Under the pieces are notes generated by a model. The model searched no databases and was not told where the DNA came from. It saw only the letters and a list, made by a program, of their open reading frames with translations. A program made the translations under genes and the position numbers. From assembly GCA_004022145.1 (NCBI GenBank), contig RCNU01000009.1: a DNA stretch of 64,000 nucleotides, one strand, 5' to 3'. Positions within the stretch are counted from its first letter, which is position 1, and every line of letters begins with the position of its first letter. The DNA is from Paecilomyces variotii (taxonomy: Eukaryota). This document shows, piece by piece, positions 60,765 to 64,000 of this stretch.

Positions 60765-62567
60765 GCTGCGTGCGGAGAGCTCCCGCGTCCAACCACGAGC
60801 TCCGTAGGTGGAGGTCACCGAGCTCGAATATCAGTAGCTACTGATAGTTGGGATTTCAATTCTATGGACTGTCAAATCTGTAATTCTGCTTTCGTTTGGT
60901 TTTCGACGGGGACGCTACTCAACTAGAGCGCGAGTTTGATAGTTGTTTGTCCGGAGAGGAGAGAGTTGTGTTGTTTCCAATTTCCCACAGCGGGAATGTG
61001 CATGCAAACGGGGACTGTGCATCCAGTAAAAAAAAAAACCACGGAAAGACTTAATTATTTTGATTGTTCTGTGTTTGACCGGAAGCTTATAAGATAGATA
61101 GGTAAACGCGCGTCAGCGATATATAGTATTCATCCTTGCAAACAGAATGTTTCCTAGACAGGAAAGCGGCTACTCGAATGGAATCGGGGCGTATTATTAC
61201 TTATTATTAGCCCCGTTTGACGATGTGCAACAATCCCTGGTCCCTGGAATCATCTAGGCTGTTATCGAACATCGATCTGCAAAGAGTGCTTCTTCGAAAG
61301 CGCCTTCAGGCATCTCCAGAAACTTGATACGTTCAATCCGCGAGGGGGCCAAAAGTCTATGATAGGGTTTGCAGGGAGTGAGTTGTGCGATTAGCTTTAA
61401 AAGGCTCAGGATATCCGTATGTTCCAACCATCATATACATTATTAATACTCACTAGGTAAGAACTGCGCGAGTCAAGGCTGCTGTCAATGACAGGCATTA
61501 ATTAATTTAATTCATCGGGGTAAGGAATTTGCTAGCGGCCGCTAACCGATTCCTGGGTGAATCGATCAGGGTCCTTCGAAGTTCGTCCAATGTTCCGGAT
61601 GGATCTGATAGGAAATGTGCGCGCGTGGTTCTCCCCTGGATTGGGGACGCCAAGTGTGAGGTTCGCGACCCGGGCATGCCATGGTTCGCATTGTGTAGCT
61701 TTTCTGTATCTTGAATCTTGATTCTTTCTGTATGCTCGATTGTGGTGAGAAGCAAGGAGGTCGATTGGCGGCAGTCTCAAGGTGGAGCAGTCCACGCTGC
61801 TTTTCTCATCCCTAGTAAGTATCGTTAACTTAGCCGAACCAGTCTAAGGATCTGGAGAAGTTCTGGAAGAGATCGGAGGGGCAGCCAATGCCGCAAAACA
61901 CACTGCAATAATGTCCAATTTGATTCCGGACCAGCAAGACTGCCAGACAAAGAAATCATGACCAGTGCAAAGATGTGCTCCCTCACCTCCCTTCATTGTC
62001 CTTCCACCGTCTCACAGACTGAACACGGACACTGTCAGGACTCAGTAATGAAAGGGACGGATATATCCAACCGGCATTGGTCTCCATTTTTAGGGTTTTT
62101 AAGCTTCAAACCGCGTCTCCGATTCGTGATCTCAATATCTTGCGGTTAGACATTTCGGTCAGCGTCCCGCGCCCATTCTGCTCGTCCACGCGAATCGCAA
62201 TCGCTGGTTGATTGTTCGCTCGGTCCACCCTGGGCGCTACCCCCAAGGAACGTGGAAGGGAGAGAGAGAGAGCATCAGGCACGATTCCCAGGACCCCTGA
62301 AGTTAGAACGAAGTCGAGAGTTAAGTTAGGCCCCAAGGAGTTGAAACCGTTCCCCTCCGGCCAGCGGTTGATAGCGTCCGCGTCGTGGGCTCGGGCCACA
62401 GGGGGGTTTGGTTTGTCCTGGTCTTTCGAGGCACACTTGAGTCCGTCAACTGCACCACTCGACCAATTCTCCATAACTCGACAGTTGTCTCTCCCATTCC
62501 TCACCAGATCCTTGCGCTTCTCATTGCTGTCAGGGAGTCGTTCGCGCCTCTCCAATGAGGAACCACC

Positions 62568-64000
62568 ATGTCTCTCAATGGGTTAGATGATCCCGCCGTC
62601 ATCGAGGCCTACCAGACCGCCCTCACTGAAGCGGGAGGATGGTAAGTACCAAGCCCGCCCGCCTGCTCCCCTTGATTCTCCGGCACATCCTATCGCATTC
62701 CTCCGTCTTGTGTGATTCATGTCGCAATGTCTGGCTGTGCAAAACTGACGCGGATTCGCCATTGTTCTTTCTCAGGTTGCTTCTGAAATATGTAGGTAGG
62801 GATGAGATATCTCTCTTGGGCCGCGGTAGCGGCGGAGTGACCGAGATTCGGGGGATTATGGAGGGTTATGAGGAGAATTCCCCTTTATATGGCTTTCTGC
62901 AGTACAGACGGAGAAAAGTCATCCTTCGATATATGCCCGAGGGGATGTCAAGGTTGCTACAAGGTACTGGGGAGCCCCTCATTGAATGAATGCAAGATCA
63001 TATGGGCATTCTTCTTTCTTGTTTTCTTCTGCCCTACACTTCTTACGTATATGCTAATCATCTAATCACTGATTTCTGTAGCTCGCACTACGGTCCAGTT
63101 CCAGTCATTTCTGGACAAATTCTCGCCTCACGATACAGTCTTCGCTCTGGCAGCCGCGTCGGAATTGACGGAAAGTGCATTGTCTTCAGCCTGCTTGCTA
63201 CATGCCGCCTCGGGATCCATGCCTTCTTCCACAAGCTCCCTGCGCCATCGCAGGCTCATGGAGATCACAGAGGATGCAGAAGAAAATGGGATAAACAAAG
63301 AGGAAGCGTCGACACAGTCTGACGACACCGCGGCGGAGAAGAGGAGTCTATACAGCCAGCAGTCAGAGGCCACTGCGGTGCCTCCACGAATAGCGGATGG
63401 AAGCCCACAAGCTGATCATACATCTCCCGGCTCGAAGGCAGACGAGGGACACAGACGACCATCAGTCGCATCGGAACACCACTCAGAGCGTTCTCTCCCT
63501 CAGAGACATCTTTTGGAGCAACTCTCTGAACATAATTACGAGCCACGCCAGTCGTCTCAGTCGACAAGGCCGTCATTCCAAGACTTGGATTCGGGTCTCT
63601 ACCGTCCGAAAGTGAAGCTCGGTCCTCGACCTTCAATGGATGTCAATGGGCGCCCCCGTACGGCCGGGACTCTTTCGCGTGAACGTGACACACGACCAGT
63701 TGCAGCGTTACCTGCAGGAGTCCGGCCATCGAGCGTGCGGAGAACAAATGCGCCTCGACCCAAGTCCCAACCTGGATCTACTAGCATGCTCTCCACTTCG
63801 GCCCATGGCGGTGTGCCCGCGGTGCCTCCACTACTGGTTCCACCGCCGTCGTTAAATATCGCGAGACCCCAATTGTCTCCTGGCGCAAGGTCGCTAACGG
63901 GATCAACATCGTCGGGAATCGCGCCAGAAAAGGAACGACTGATGAAAGCACTCGAATTGCGAAAGAAGCAGATGGAAAAGCGTGCCCAAGACAAAAAGAA
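62568..64000 (+). CDS. Protein with N-terminal ADF-H/cofilin-like domain, partial; exons about 62568-62641, 62776-62963, 63082 to window end
   Basis: MSLNGLDDPAVIEAYQTALTEAGGWLLLKYVGRDEISLLGRGSGG...PLYGFLQYRRRKVILRYMPEGMSRLLQARTTVQF resembles the ADF-H pattern. A low-complexity region follows. Confidence 0.75.

Noticed and set aside
1..64000. tRNA, rRNA, TPP riboswitch, or TGA-CTA readthrough PTS1 signals
   Set aside because: I saw no convincing cloverleaf, rRNA or aptamer motif by eye, and none of the stop contexts checked was TGA-CTA. tRNAscan/Rfam would be needed to exclude these formally.

Overview
Eukaryotic DNA from a filamentous ascomycete, most likely Eurotiales (Aspergillus/Paecilomyces-like). 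This is inferred from short GT-AG introns with CTRAC branch sites and from the gene families present. The window is mostly a housekeeping neighbourhood of about 21 genes: a partial ankyrin protein, tRNA ligase Trl1, Sft2, an Rtg3-like bHLH factor, a bZIP factor, a small hypothetical protein, the mitochondrial 2-oxodicarboxylate carrier, a Cys-rich GPI protein, Bud6/Aip3, Pbp1/ataxin-2, a Cex1/SCYL1 pseudokinase, two large hypothetical proteins, Ard1/Naa10, a secreted PI-PLC-like phosphodiesterase, a SUR7/PalI membrane protein, Lst8, a Tctex-1 dynein light chain, Vtc1, OHCU decarboxylase and a partial ADF-H-like protein. The ankyrin gene, Tctex-1 and Vtc1 are absent from the ORF track, and the ADF-H-like gene and small hypothetical gene appear there only as fragments. 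I rebuilt all five by hand from splice signals. A decayed mobile-element patch at about 14-17.3 kb contains a Ty3/gypsy RNase H fragment and a 45-nt tandem repeat. I found no clearly new biological system. The best leads are post-transcriptional: unusually long sft2 introns with a strand-specific G-U-containing hairpin, roughly 1-kb AUG-free leaders on sft2 and the bHLH gene, and alternative N- and C-termini for Bud6. There is also a perfect UaY-type site upstream of OHCU decarboxylase. All exon coordinates were read by eye and may be off by a few bases.
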